A stretch of DNA of 40,000 bases from an uncultured Oscillospiraceae bacterium (GCA_964345295.1 CAYFQG010000011.1:1-40000); one strand, 5' to 3'; positions 19,084 through 29,214 are shown, numbered from the stretch's first letter. The notes: generated by a model not told the origin, from the letters alone. Program-made: numbers and translations.

Positions 19084-20028
19084 ATGACGGACCAAAGGAC
19101 ACATAATGTTAAGCAATACAGCTGGGTTTTAGCCGCCATATTCTGCACCATGCTCTGGGGCTCGGCCTCGCCTATGATCAAAATGGGCTACCAGTATTTC
19201 CAAATGGACACATCCAATGTGTTCAACATCATTTTATTCGCCGGTGTACGCTTCTTCGGCGCAGGTCTCTTGACCTTATTAATCAGCAGACCCCTGACCG
19301 GAGAAAAACCGTCCTTTAATAAAGCTATGACAGGTCCGGTCCTGGTCTTGGCCCTCACCCAGACTGCAGGCCAGTACATCTCCTTCTACCTGGGTCTGGC
19401 TGTCGTAACCGGATCGGTGGGTGCAATCTTAAGTGCCACCAATATTTTCTTTACGGTTATCATCGCGACCATTTTCATGCGTTCGGAAAAGCTGACCACT
19501 CAGAAAATTCTGGCAACGCTTTTGGCCCTGGTCGGCATCATCGTCTTAAATTTGGATAGTAATTTAAACTTTGCCTTCCGTCTGAACGGCGAGGGTTTTG
19601 TCCTCTTGTCTGCTTTGGCCAATGCCTTTGCTTCTATCTTCATGAGCCGCTTCAGCCAGAAGCATAACCCTATTTCTCTGACCGCCTATCAATTTATTTT
19701 GGGCGGCGCCGGCCTCATGCTGGTAGGCTTTTTCGGCGGTGGTAGACTGAACGCTCCGGGTTATCAGGGCATCTTGGTCTTGGCCTATCTCATGGTACTG
19801 TCGGCTCTGGCCTACGGCATCTGGTCTTTGCTCTTAAAGCACCACCCCACCTCTCACGTAGTTATTTTCCACGCCCTGGTTCCAGTCTGGGGATCCCTTT
19901 TCTCCTGGCTTTTCATGGGCGATCAGATTTGGAACTGGCAGACACTGGTCGCACTGCTGTCCATCGTAATCGGTATCTTCCTAGTCAATAAACAAAAGGA
20001 AAAACTTACCGCAGAGGACCCGGCCTAG
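19084..20028 (+). CDS. EamA/DMT family transporter
   Basis: 314 aa with 10 TM-like segments arranged as two EamA repeats. Confidence 0.85.
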   Translation: MTDQRTHNVKQYSWVLAAIFCTMLWGSASPMIKMGYQYFQMDTSNVFNIILFAGVRFFGAGLLTLLISRPLTGEKPSFNKAMTGPVLVLALTQTAGQYISFYLGLAVVTGSVGAILSATNIFFTVIIATIFMRSEKLTTQKILATLLALVGIIVLNLDSNLNFAFRLNGEGFVLLSALANAFASIFMSRFSQKHNPISLTAYQFILGGAGLMLVGFFGGGRLNAPGYQGILVLAYLMVLSALAYGIWSLLLKHHPTSHVVIFHALVPVWGSLFSWLFMGDQIWNWQTLVALLSIVIGIFLVNKQKEKLTAEDPA

Positions 20029-20488
20029 TCGCTTCTTCCAGCTTGTGGGCCAGAGTACCTAAGCCCGGCAATTTCAGAAAAATATAAGAATAGGCCATAA
20101 AGGCTTGTACAATTAAAATGATCAAAACGATGATTTGGAGGCTGAGACCCAAGAGGTCCAGCCTCTTGTTCCATATAAGGCTTTGCATATAAAAATTCTG
20201 GCTCTGAGACCGGACAGCGCGACGTATTAAAAAGTCTCCCGTAGTACTTAAGGCCAGACGCAAAATGCTAAGAATCAGGAGAAGAAATACATTCTGGCTT
20301 TGGTGGAGCCGTAAAAAATTAGAATCCTTCTCTCTATAAAGAAAAATAAAGGCCAAAAGCCAAGCAAGATACGTTACACCCGGGATAAAAATCAGGATAG
20401 CCAAGGAAATGTTCATGAGGATGGCCGGATATTTGGCCGCCATATAGCCGTGGGTAGCCTTATGGCGGGAAAACTTCTCCAACTTCAT
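20006..20488 (-). CDS. Small membrane protein (DUF4870-like)
   Basis: 160 aa with 3-4 TM segments. It starts 3 nt after the thrC stop. The family call is tentative. Confidence 0.5.
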   Translation of the reverse strand: MKLEKFSRHKATHGYMAAKYPAILMNISLAILIFIPGVTYLAWLLAFIFLYREKDSNFLRLHQSQNVFLLLILSILRLALSTTGDFLIRRAVRSQSQNFYMQSLIWNKRLDLLGLSLQIIVLIILIVQAFMAYSYIFLKLPGLGTLAHKLEEATRPGPLR

Positions 20489-20491
20489 CGC

Positions 20492-22024
20492 CTAAAGTCC
20501 TATGTCCCTGCCGGTTAACTGATTAAGGCTTTGGATAAGCGATGCTTTGATATCTTCACGTTTTAAAGCGGCTCCGGCATCCTCGCTATAAGCCAGGGCC
20601 CTTTCAATACTAGCGGAAAGCTCTATACCGGACTCGGTCTCCAGTTTGTCGATTAATTCCTGCAAACTCAAAGACCTAACTTCCCTGGCCGGGAAAACCG
20701 CCTCTGCCACAGCCTCGGGGAACTTATAAATAGAAGCGGTTGAAACATAGACGACCTTGTTTAAATCCTCCTTTTTCTCTTTGCGAGTCAGGAGATCATA
20801 GGCGGCAAAGGCCACCGCCGTATGGGGATCAATCATATGGTCAGTCGTATCGTAGACGCTTTTAATGGTAGAGGCGACCAGGCGATCATCTGCGTAGGCA
20901 CCTTGGAAAAGTGCTTTAAGTTCTCTTCTGGTTTCCGGGTCTAACTGGTAGGTCCCTTTCTCTTGCAAGCTCTCCATCCAGGCACTTACTTTGGCCTTGT
21001 CATGGCCGGTCAGTTCAAACAAGAGTCTCTCGATATTAGAAGAAACTAAAATATCCATGGAAGGGCTGCTTGTCTTAAATAAAGACCTTTTACGGTCATA
21101 AGTTCCCGTACGGATAAAGTCGCTTAAAACCTTGTTCTTATTGGAAGCACAGTAGAGATTTCCGATGGGCACACCCATCTGCTTGGCATACCAGGCAGCC
21201 ATGATATTGCCGAAATTGCCGGATGGGACAACAACATCAAAGACTTCTTCAGCCTCTAATTTTTCTTGGCCTAAGAGGTCTAAATAAGCGGAAGCATAGT
21301 AGACAATTTGCGGCAATAGTCTTCCCCAGTTCATGGAATTGGCGGAGCTAAGGCAAATGTTTTTCTCGGCCAAAGTTTCTTCTAAAGCCTTATCCTGAAA
21401 AATGGTCTTAACCTGACGCTGAGCCAAGTCGAAGTCTCCGTCTACAGCGTAGACAAAACAATTGTCGCCTTGGGCGGACAGCATTTGCTTCTCTTGAATA
21501 GGGCTGACGCCTTTGGCCGGATAATAAACCACAATAGACATATCGTCCATGCCGCGAAAAGCTTCCATGGCGGCCTTGCCCGTATCCCCCGAAGTCGCGG
21601 CCACAATAGAATAGTGCCTCTTATCGCCCAAGTCTTCTCTGGACAGCTGCATCAGATGTGGCAAGAGCTGAAGGGCCAGGTCCTTAAAGGCGGCACTGGG
21701 TCCGTGCCATAATTCCAGCATATAGGCGCTGTCATCATAGGTATTCAGTTGAACCAGCGGAGCCGGTGCGGGGTTAAAATTTTCCTCACCGTAGACCTTG
21801 GCCAGAATAGGTCTTAATCGGGCAGGACTAAAATCCAGGTAAAGGGACAAAATATAAAGGGCTCTTTCGGCATAAGAAGCCTCAATAAGGCCCTGCCATG
21901 TTTCCTTGCTTACCCGGGGAATACTTTCCGGTACAAAGAGGCCACCGTCGGGGGCCAGGCCCTGTAAAATCACTTGGGCAGAGCTGTAGGTGTTTGGGTC
22001 TTGGCGGGTACTGATGTAGCGCAT
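20492..22024 (-). CDS. thrC: Threonine synthase (long form)
   Basis: 510 aa. It has the N-terminal YISTR motif and the PLP-lysine motif SAAFKDLALQ. Confidence 0.92.
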   Translation of the reverse strand: MRYISTRQDPNTYSSAQVILQGLAPDGGLFVPESIPRVSKETWQGLIEASYAERALYILSLYLDFSPARLRPILAKVYGEENFNPAPAPLVQLNTYDDSAYMLELWHGPSAAFKDLALQLLPHLMQLSREDLGDKRHYSIVAATSGDTGKAAMEAFRGMDDMSIVVYYPAKGVSPIQEKQMLSAQGDNCFVYAVDGDFDLAQRQVKTIFQDKALEETLAEKNICLSSANSMNWGRLLPQIVYYASAYLDLLGQEKLEAEEVFDVVVPSGNFGNIMAAWYAKQMGVPIGNLYCASNKNKVLSDFIRTGTYDRKRSLFKTSSPSMDILVSSNIERLLFELTGHDKAKVSAWMESLQEKGTYQLDPETRRELKALFQGAYADDRLVASTIKSVYDTTDHMIDPHTAVAFAAYDLLTRKEKKEDLNKVVYVSTASIYKFPEAVAEAVFPAREVRSLSLQELIDKLETESGIELSASIERALAYSEDAGAALKREDIKASLIQSLNQLTGRDIGL

Positions 22025-22025
22025 A

Positions 22026-23483
22026 TCAATTCTCCTCGTTTTGTCCGGATGCTAAGGCTCTCATTTTATCACGAAAGCGCTCGGCCTGATAAAAACTTCC
22101 CCAGGCCATAATAATAGCTTGCTCAGCTTGAGCCAGATGCCAGGCTTCTACCAAGGCTTCTTCATAATCCGGCACAATGTGAATCTCGGGGTAGTTCTCT
22201 TTGGCCAAAAGGTCTACTTCAACTTCTTCAACAATCCCGGCCATGTCCTCGGGCTCCATAGCACGTTTAATACCGGCCACTCGGCTTAAGACCAGGTGGC
22301 TGACTCGGCCGCCTTTAAGCATGTTCTGAAACATGGTTTTGGCGTCCTTGTCTTTCATCATGCAAACCAGGTGCACCTCTCTATGGTCGGGACAAGAGCT
22401 TGGCGGGAAAAGATAGTCCAGTGACTCTCTTAGGGCCCGAGTCCCCTGAGGATTGTGGCCGCCGTCCAGGAAGGCAGAAGGATTATGGGTAAGTCTTTCT
22501 AAGCGTCCGGGCCAATAACAATAGTAAAGGCCCTTAATAATGGCATCCTTGTCGATAGCGTTCTTGAAGGCCAAAACCGTCTCAATAGCCAATTGCGCAT
22601 TATAAGTTTCATAACGGGCCAAGAGCTTAGTCTGAAGTGTTTCCCCCTTGAGAGGCCCTGTTGAAAGCTCGAAAGTCTGCCCTTCCAAATCATGGCTTAA
22701 AGGAATGACCTGATTTTTACGAACCGGGAAAAATCGGATATCCAGTTCTTCTGCCTTATGACGAAAGAGTGCTTCTACATCGGCTGCAGCAATATGGTCC
22801 TTTATAGCATCATATTGGTCATACAAGACCAGGCTCTGTGTGCCTTTTTTGAGAATCCCGGCCTTCTCTCCTGCAATTTCCACATAGGTGTTACCCAGCC
22901 TTTGTGTGTGGTCTAAACCGATAGCCGTAATTGTGGCTACCTCGGGTGGGTCTATGACATTGGTTGCGTCCAGCCTTCCGCCCAAACCGGTCTCCAATAC
23001 TAAGACATCACATTCATGTTCCCGGTAGAATAAAAAAGCCATCAAAGTCAGCATTTCGAAGTGATTGGGATGGTGCTCCTTATCGTAGCCCATACTTTCT
23101 ATGGTCCGGCGGATGCGATTTAAGTAGCGCGTAGTCTCTTCTTTATTAATATAACCTGCTTCGGGCCTGGTCCGCCAGGTTTTGGCCTGATCATGACCGT
23201 CCAAGACACGTATTCTTTCACCGTACTCATAGACATAGGGTGAGGAATACAAGCCGACCTTATAGCCTGCTTCGGCCAAAATATAAGAGATGTAAGCACA
23301 AGTCGATCCCTTACCGTTGGTTCCGGCAATATGAATAGTAGGAATACCCTTGTCGGGATTCCCCAGAAGTTCCAACACTTCTCTTAACTTGTCTAAACCC
23401 AGACGGGAAGCAAAACGCTCCCTCTTATCCAGATAATACATGGCCTCGTCAAAGGTCATGTCCACATAGTCTTGTTTTGTCAT
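22026..23483 (-). CDS. folC: Folylpolyglutamate synthase/dihydrofolate synthase
   Basis: It has the Mur-ligase P-loop AGTNGKGST and the FolC-type motif LETGLGGRLDATN. The ORF is 485 aa. Confidence 0.9.
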   Translation of the reverse strand: MTKQDYVDMTFDEAMYYLDKRERFASRLGLDKLREVLELLGNPDKGIPTIHIAGTNGKGSTCAYISYILAEAGYKVGLYSSPYVYEYGERIRVLDGHDQAKTWRTRPEAGYINKEETTRYLNRIRRTIESMGYDKEHHPNHFEMLTLMAFLFYREHECDVLVLETGLGGRLDATNVIDPPEVATITAIGLDHTQRLGNTYVEIAGEKAGILKKGTQSLVLYDQYDAIKDHIAAADVEALFRHKAEELDIRFFPVRKNQVIPLSHDLEGQTFELSTGPLKGETLQTKLLARYETYNAQLAIETVLAFKNAIDKDAIIKGLYYCYWPGRLERLTHNPSAFLDGGHNPQGTRALRESLDYLFPPSSCPDHREVHLVCMMKDKDAKTMFQNMLKGGRVSHLVLSRVAGIKRAMEPEDMAGIVEEVEVDLLAKENYPEIHIVPDYEEALVEAWHLAQAEQAIIMAWGSFYQAERFRDKMRALASGQNEEN

Positions 23484-23492
23484 CTATAAATC

Positions 23493-24329
23493 CTACCGTT
23501 TTCTTTTATTTTCTTTCTTTCTAAATACCACAAATTTAGATAAAAAGTAATTTGCCACTGTCACGCAAAAAGCGCCCAAAGACCTGGACAAGTCTTCATC
23601 CCAATGAAGCACTTCAATCATAAGCCACATAAGAAGGACTTCAAAGAAAATCGACGACCCGATCCTGGCCAAGACAAACTTCACCAAATCCTGCCACAGA
23701 TTTCCCTTGTCTTGGAAAACAAAAGCTCGGTTGGTAAAAAAAGCGAAAAGGACCGCACAGACAAAAGAGATAAGGAAGGCCCAAATCCAGATGCCGATAA
23801 AATAATTGGCCAGACTGAAACTTGCCACCGAGACCAAGTAAGTTAAGACACCGAAAAAGACATACGATAAAAGCTCGTAGGATAGAAGGCACAAGAAGAC
23901 ATTACCGGCCAAAATCAAAAGCCCCAGTAAAGAACCGGCCGTCGCCTGACTGATAAAGCCCCATCTTCTAACGCCATAGTAGACCAAAGCCAGGGTTCCG
24001 CCCCAGGATAAGATGAGTGAAAACAGTAGGCGTCTCCCCTCTTCATAGTCCCATAAATAAGATGGCCCTAGCTTTCTTAAAGGTCTTTTATAGCATAAAA
24101 AATAGACCAGGCTCTCTATAGCTAGGGCAATAAGGCTGGCCCTAAGAAGCGCAATGTCACCTGTTCCCAGTCGCTTCAGGCTCAAATAGGCCAAATAATA
24201 AATGAGTGTTAAGGGTAAATAAAAACGCCGCAACAAATCCAAGATAGGCAGTTTCTGAGCCAGGGGAAACATTCCGGTCCGGTCTCTCGTCACTTGGTGG
24301 AAGAAGATTGTAGGGTTGTTTTTGTCCAT
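23493..24329 (-). CDS. GtrA-like polytopic membrane protein
   Basis: 278 aa. The C-terminal half matches GtrA-family topology and ends ANYFLSKFVVFRKK. A GAGGAG SD lies inside the upstream pseudogene tail. Confidence 0.7.
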   Translation of the reverse strand: MDKNNPTIFFHQVTRDRTGMFPLAQKLPILDLLRRFYLPLTLIYYLAYLSLKRLGTGDIALLRASLIALAIESLVYFLCYKRPLRKLGPSYLWDYEEGRRLLFSLILSWGGTLALVYYGVRRWGFISQATAGSLLGLLILAGNVFLCLLSYELLSYVFFGVLTYLVSVASFSLANYFIGIWIWAFLISFVCAVLFAFFTNRAFVFQDKGNLWQDLVKFVLARIGSSIFFEVLLMWLMIEVLHWDEDLSRSLGAFCVTVANYFLSKFVVFRKKENKRKR

Positions 24330-24330
24330 C

Positions 24331-25476
24331 TTAATTCTCCTCAGCTTCTTTCGCTCCGCCCCAAGGCATGGGATTTTCCGGCATATCCGGAAAAACCGGT
24401 ATCTTAAAAACCAATGGCCTTTGTCTTCCGCCGGCTTCCAATAAAATCCTGCTGAGCCTTATAGCCTCCTCTTCGGGAGCGGTCAGGGCCTGCATTTACT
24501 GGTGCCACTACTCTCCGGATAAGAGATCGTATTTGTGTAAATAAAGTCTGTCCGGGCCCTAGTTCGAATAGTTGTTGCGGATATAGACCGCTCCGCCTTT
24601 TATAGCACTTTCCGGAGAAGTCCAGGGCAAATGATAGGCTGCATAAGCCGGGTCGGTCTTCTCGATAAAGTCTCCTCTGGCAAAGCGCGCCCCGTTCACC
24701 TGCGCACCGTTTGGTACGGCCGGATCGGGATAAGCACCTATATTATAGAAATTGTAGTAGGCAGTCGAATCGCCTTCTAAAAGAACTTGTCCCCGAGCCA
24801 AAGGGCTGATGCCACCCTCAGTAAGGCTGATTTCCTGGCGCATCCGGATGGCCAAAGACTCAGCCAAATAAGACGCCTCTTTTCCCGCTTCGTAGACTGT
24901 GGGAGCAAATTCCAGTAGTTCCGGTATATCCCGAAAAACATCTTCTACGCCTTCCAGGCTACTAATTTGACTCCCCGAATCCAAAGTCAAAAATTGAAAG
25001 ACAGCCCTTAGATCCAAAAAATTTCTGGGGTCCATATAATAGGCCACGCCTTCACGAGTGGCCGGAAACCAGTTGGCCCCGTCATAGACGGTGTCGTTTT
25101 TTACCATCCACTTATATGGAGCGTAAAATTCCGTGTCGTCAAAGGCAACCAGGTTGTTCTCCTCGTTCTTGGTCTCCTCGTATAAGACCTGGTCCCAGCT
25201 GTCTTGAAGCCAAAGCGGCTCAAAGGTCCAGGCCGGAGCAAAGGCCTGTAAACTACTTAAAGCCTCCCTATATGACGGAGGAAAATCCTCCATGGGGTCC
25301 TTTTTCAGAAAGGGTTCGGCCAAGGCTTCATTATAATAAGCCTCATAGGGAACTCTTCTTTCGTAGTCCCATATGCCCAAGCCCGCTATGGCCAAAATCA
25401 CCATCAATACAAACATAAGGACCGGTAAAAAACCGATCCGGCTCTCCCCGGCCTCCTCGGCCCCCTGTTTTTTCAT
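24331..25476 (-). pseudogene. Membrane-anchored N-acetylglucosaminidase-family cell-wall hydrolase interrupted by three in-frame stop codons
   Basis: A single frame of 382 codons carries a TAG at 24559-24561, a TAG at 24508-24510 and a TAA at 24496-24498. Reading through gives ...GGAVYIRNNYSN*GPDRLYLHKYDLLSGE*WHQ*MQALTAPEEEA...LVFKIPVFPDMPEN. This parallels the conserved GQDTLYLQKF...HQYMxN...FKIPVYxNMP end of clostridial glucosaminidases. Confidence 0.7.
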
Positions 25477-26099
25477 TACTTGATAACCTTGTTCTCCCTA
25501 AGTTCATCCAAAGAAAGACTAAAGGCCGGCATGAAATCTCGGAGGAAAAGTTCGACTTCAGGCATAGCCAATTCCTCTAAGCGTTTCAAAGTGGCTTCTT
25601 GGGCTTCTTGAAACTCCTGATTTCCCTGTTTCAGTTCACTCATGCATTTGGCCAAAGCCGACAACTTGTCCGCCGCCTTGACCAGCTTGAGCATAACTAA
25701 GACTTCTTCCGAGTCGGCCTCGGGATTTAATAAAGCTTCATAAGAGGGTCTTAAATCTTCGGGTAAGGAGTTCAACAGATCTTTTACCGCCAAGTCTTCA
25801 ATCCTCTTATAGGCCTTGGTCAGATCCTCTTCCTGATACTTAACCGGTGTCGGCAAGTCACCCGTAATAACCTCGGACAGGTCGTGATAAAGCGCCATGC
25901 CCAAGACCTTCTCCGCTGAAACCTGCGGTTTCAAATCCGGGAAATGGGTCTGTCTAATAAGAGCCAGACCATGGGCAATCACCGCCACGAGAAAAGAATG
26001 CTCGGCCAGGTTTTCTTCCTGAGCATTGCGCATCAAGGACCAACGCTGGATATAACGGGTCCGGTCCGCCATAGCAAAAAAAGCATTTTCCTGTACCAT
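25476..26099 (-). CDS. HD-domain 5-prime-deoxynucleotidase (YfbR-like)
   Basis: 207 aa with RWSLMRN, NLAEHS and YHDLSEVITGDLPTP motifs. Confidence 0.85.
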   Translation of the reverse strand: MVQENAFFAMADRTRYIQRWSLMRNAQEENLAEHSFLVAVIAHGLALIRQTHFPDLKPQVSAEKVLGMALYHDLSEVITGDLPTPVKYQEEDLTKAYKRIEDLAVKDLLNSLPEDLRPSYEALLNPEADSEEVLVMLKLVKAADKLSALAKCMSELKQGNQEFQEAQEATLKRLEELAMPEVELFLRDFMPAFSLSLDELRENKVIK

Positions 26100-26118
26100 C
26101 TAAAGTCTCTCTTTCTCC

Positions 26119-28593
26119 CTAGGCCGGCCCTAATTTTGCCATATTGGCCAACATTCTCTTATCCCCGGCCTTGTCGAAATGGATAAGCAAAAGCGCGTCC
26201 CCTGCCACAGGTTCCACGGACTTAATGGTGCCCAGACCGTACTTAAAGTGACGGACCCGGTCGCCCTTATGAAGCTGGTCGGCCTGTAAGGCTCCGGCTC
26301 CGGGCGTTTCAATCTTTACTTTAGGCTTAGACTCCGTATGGTCCGGAATCGTTCTTCCGCCGGAGCCGGATGCGAATCTCTGCCTGTCCTGCCTTAAATC
26401 TTTTACTTGCTGGCCCGGTCTTTCATAAGTCGAGCGACTCGGGTAATCCGAACCGAAGCCATAATCGTCTCCTCCGAACCTGGACCCGATCTCGTTATAG
26501 GTATGGTCAGGTAATTCTTCTAAGAAACGAGACGGAATATAACGTTCGGTCCGTCCGAATAATAGCCTGGTCGAAGAGGTCGATAAATAAAGCTTTTTCC
26601 TGGCTCTGGTAATGGCAACATAGGCCAGGCGCCTTTCTTCTTCCAATTGAGAAGGATTCGCAATCGAGCGATAGCCCGGGAAAATACCTTCCTCCATACC
26701 CACCACAAAGACCTGGTTAAACTCCAAGCCTTTGGCCGAGTGGATAGTCAAAAGGCTCACGTGCTTATCCTCTTCTTCTTCATCTTCCTTGTCCAAATCC
26801 GACTGCAAAGCCGCCTGGTCCAAGAAACGCAAGAGCGTATCGATAAGGGCTTCGGGAAGGTCTCCCCCGGCCAAACTCTCCGCACGGATATCACGTTCAC
26901 CGGCCAAGTCTCCTAATTCGTCAACCGTAAAATCCCATTCTTCGGTCACATCACCGGATTCTTGGAAGGTCACCGCTTCGGATAGGAGTTCTTTCATGTT
27001 CTCCAAACGACTGATGGCATCCTCTTTGCCCTTGTCCTGCTGGTCGATGATATCTTGCATGAGACCGGACTCGTCTTGCACATATTCAATGTATTCGGCC
27101 AAAGACATCTTATCGGCCAAAAGGGTCTTCTGCATACGAGCGATAAGGGCCACAAATTCTCTTATTTTATTCTGAGCACGACTCAAAGAGGGATAGTCTT
27201 GGATATGAATACAAATATCCATAATAGACGTTCCCGCCATAGTCGCCAGCCTCTCCAACTCATCTAAGGTCGCCTCACCGATGCCCCGTCTGGGCGTCTG
27301 CACGGCCCGCCTGAAAGACACACTGTCTCTGGGGCTGGTAATAAGATAGAGATAGGCCATGGTATCTTTAATTTCTTTACGGTCAAAGAAGCGTAGGCCG
27401 CCGTAAATCTTAAAGGGGATACTGTTCCGTTGTAAGGCAAACTCCAGGTTTCTGGAAAGTGCATTAATCCTATATAAAATGGCAAAGTCATCGTAAGAAG
27501 CCTTTCCGCCTCCGACCTGCCTTTTAATCTCGTTAGCGATAAAGAGGGCTTCCTCCTGCTCGCTTGAGGCATTGAGGCGGATGATTTTCTCGCCCTCTCC
27601 TTGGTCGGTCCACAGCTTCTTGGCCTTACGGCTCTGATTGTTGCCGATAACCCGGTTGGCCGCTTCCAAAATATTGCCGGTCGACCGGTAGTTTTGTTCT
27701 AGCTTAATAATTTTGGCCCTCTTAAAATCTTTCTCGAAGTCCAAAATATTCTGTATGTCCGCCCCTCTGAAAGAGTAGATGGACTGGTCGTCATCACCGA
27801 CCACACAGAGATTACCGTGCTCCAACGATAAAAGGCGCACCAACTCATACTGAGCCTGGTTGGTATCCTGGTACTCGTCTACCATGATGTATTGGAAGCG
27901 CGACTGATAGATTTGCAAGATTTCCTTGTTCTGCTTAAAAAGTAAAACGGCATAATAAAGCAGGTCGTCAAAATCCATGAGGTTATTTTGACGCAACATA
28001 TCCTGGTAGGCCTTATAAATTAAGGCTACCTTCTCTTTCCAATATTCGCCTTGGGCCTGCACCTTGTACTCGTCCGGTCCAATTAAGCGGTTCTTAGCCG
28101 AAGAGATCTGGTTGTGGACACTTCTGGGATCGAAGGTCTTCTGATCTAAATCCAAAGACTGAATAACACCCTTAATTGCGGCCTGCTGTGCCCCCGTATC
28201 GGCAATGGAGAAATTTCTCGTAAAACCTAATTGATCGGCAAAACGGCGCAAAACACGGGCCATCATGGAATGGAAAGTTCCGATCCACATGCCCTGGCTT
28301 TGGCCCTCACCTAAGAGGTCCTCCACTCTTGTCTGCATCTCTCGGGCCGCCTTGTTGGTAAAGGTAATGGCCAAAATCCGTCTGGGTGATATCCCCCTGA
28401 CCTGGACCAAATAAGCTATACGGTGGGTAATGACTCTGGTCTTCCCCGATCCTGCCCCGGCCAAAATCAACAAGGGCCCTTCATCATGGAGGACCGCCTC
28501 CCTTTGCGGAGGGTTTAATCCCTCCAGAAGGCGGTCCTCCCAATCATGTCCTATCGCTTGTGCGTCAGCGTAAAATGCAAATTCGTCCGACAT
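26119..28593 (-). CDS. pcrA: ATP-dependent DNA helicase PcrA (UvrD family)
   Basis: 824 aa with the full set of SF1 motifs: AGAGSGKT, TFTNKAAREM, VDEYQDTN, NYRS, TIHSAKGLEF and VAITRA. Confidence 0.93.
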   Translation of the reverse strand: MSDEFAFYADAQAIGHDWEDRLLEGLNPPQREAVLHDEGPLLILAGAGSGKTRVITHRIAYLVQVRGISPRRILAITFTNKAAREMQTRVEDLLGEGQSQGMWIGTFHSMMARVLRRFADQLGFTRNFSIADTGAQQAAIKGVIQSLDLDQKTFDPRSVHNQISSAKNRLIGPDEYKVQAQGEYWKEKVALIYKAYQDMLRQNNLMDFDDLLYYAVLLFKQNKEILQIYQSRFQYIMVDEYQDTNQAQYELVRLLSLEHGNLCVVGDDDQSIYSFRGADIQNILDFEKDFKRAKIIKLEQNYRSTGNILEAANRVIGNNQSRKAKKLWTDQGEGEKIIRLNASSEQEEALFIANEIKRQVGGGKASYDDFAILYRINALSRNLEFALQRNSIPFKIYGGLRFFDRKEIKDTMAYLYLITSPRDSVSFRRAVQTPRRGIGEATLDELERLATMAGTSIMDICIHIQDYPSLSRAQNKIREFVALIARMQKTLLADKMSLAEYIEYVQDESGLMQDIIDQQDKGKEDAISRLENMKELLSEAVTFQESGDVTEEWDFTVDELGDLAGERDIRAESLAGGDLPEALIDTLLRFLDQAALQSDLDKEDEEEEDKHVSLLTIHSAKGLEFNQVFVVGMEEGIFPGYRSIANPSQLEEERRLAYVAITRARKKLYLSTSSTRLLFGRTERYIPSRFLEELPDHTYNEIGSRFGGDDYGFGSDYPSRSTYERPGQQVKDLRQDRQRFASGSGGRTIPDHTESKPKVKIETPGAGALQADQLHKGDRVRHFKYGLGTIKSVEPVAGDALLLIHFDKAGDKRMLANMAKLGPA

Positions 28594-28594
28594 C

Positions 28595-29155
28595 CTAATA
28601 GTCCGGATTTAAGACGCCATAGTTGCCGTCGCGACGCTTGTAGACTAAGTTGACCTTGCCGGTCTCTCCGTCTAAGTACAGGAAAAAGTCATGGCCCATG
28701 AGTTCCATTTGCAAGGCAGCTTCTTCGTGATTCATGGGGCTTAAGGGGAAGGTCTTGAAACGGAAAGTCGCACCGTTCAAATCACCGGCTTGGCTTTCGG
28801 GTTCCAATTCGGCTTCCACATCCGCTTCTTCCAGGAAGAAATCTTCCAAGTAAGCGTAATCTTTCTTTCTCTTCTTTAGCTTGGACTTCTGCTTCCTAAT
28901 CTGGCCTTCCAAAACCGCAATCGCAGAATCCAAGGCGGTTAAAATATCTTCGTCGGTCTTCTCTGCCCTAAGAATGTGTTTCTTCACATTGATGGTTATC
29001 TCGACCTTGCGTAAGTCTTGGCCATCTTTACTGCACTTGACTTGGCATGAGGCAGTCTCGTCGAAATACTTGTCAAACTTCTCCATCTTCCTCCGGATGC
29101 GTTTCTCCAACTGAGGACCTACTTTAAGTCCGACACCGAATATCTCAAGTTTCAT
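28595..29155 (-). CDS. hpf: Ribosome hibernation promoting factor, long form
   Basis: 186 aa with an N-terminal RaiA/S30AE domain and a C-terminal dimerisation domain (MNHEEAALQMELMGHDFFLY...VVYKRRDGNYG-like). A GAAGGAGG SD is present. Confidence 0.92.
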   Translation of the reverse strand: MKLEIFGVGLKVGPQLEKRIRRKMEKFDKYFDETASCQVKCSKDGQDLRKVEITINVKKHILRAEKTDEDILTALDSAIAVLEGQIRKQKSKLKKRKKDYAYLEDFFLEEADVEAELEPESQAGDLNGATFRFKTFPLSPMNHEEAALQMELMGHDFFLYLDGETGKVNLVYKRRDGNYGVLNPDY

Positions 29156-29185
29156 ACCAGTACCTCCTTCATGGACTATATGTTT

Positions 29186-29214
29186 ATTTTACCGAACCTT
29201 AACATGCCTTTCAA
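29186..29214 (-). promoter_or_regulatory. Candidate sigma-A promoter for hpf
   Basis: The minus strand reads TTGAAA (29209-29214), a 17-nt spacer, then TAAAAT (29186-29191), about 30 nt upstream of the hpf ATG. Confidence 0.5.

Noticed and set aside
24374-24394. A perfect 8-bp inverted repeat, TTTTCCGG-catat-CCGGAAAA.
   Set aside because: It lies inside the glucosaminidase reading frame (encoding VFPDMPEN), has no flanking T-run on either strand and is short. It is probably a coincidental coding palindrome and not a terminator or operator.
17908-24561. The idea that the in-frame TAA/TAG codons reflect stop-codon reassignment or programmed readthrough.
   Set aside because: The same codons terminate all intact housekeeping genes in the window at the expected positions. 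The ABC relics also carry frameshifts and a deletion. Pseudogenisation is the simpler explanation.
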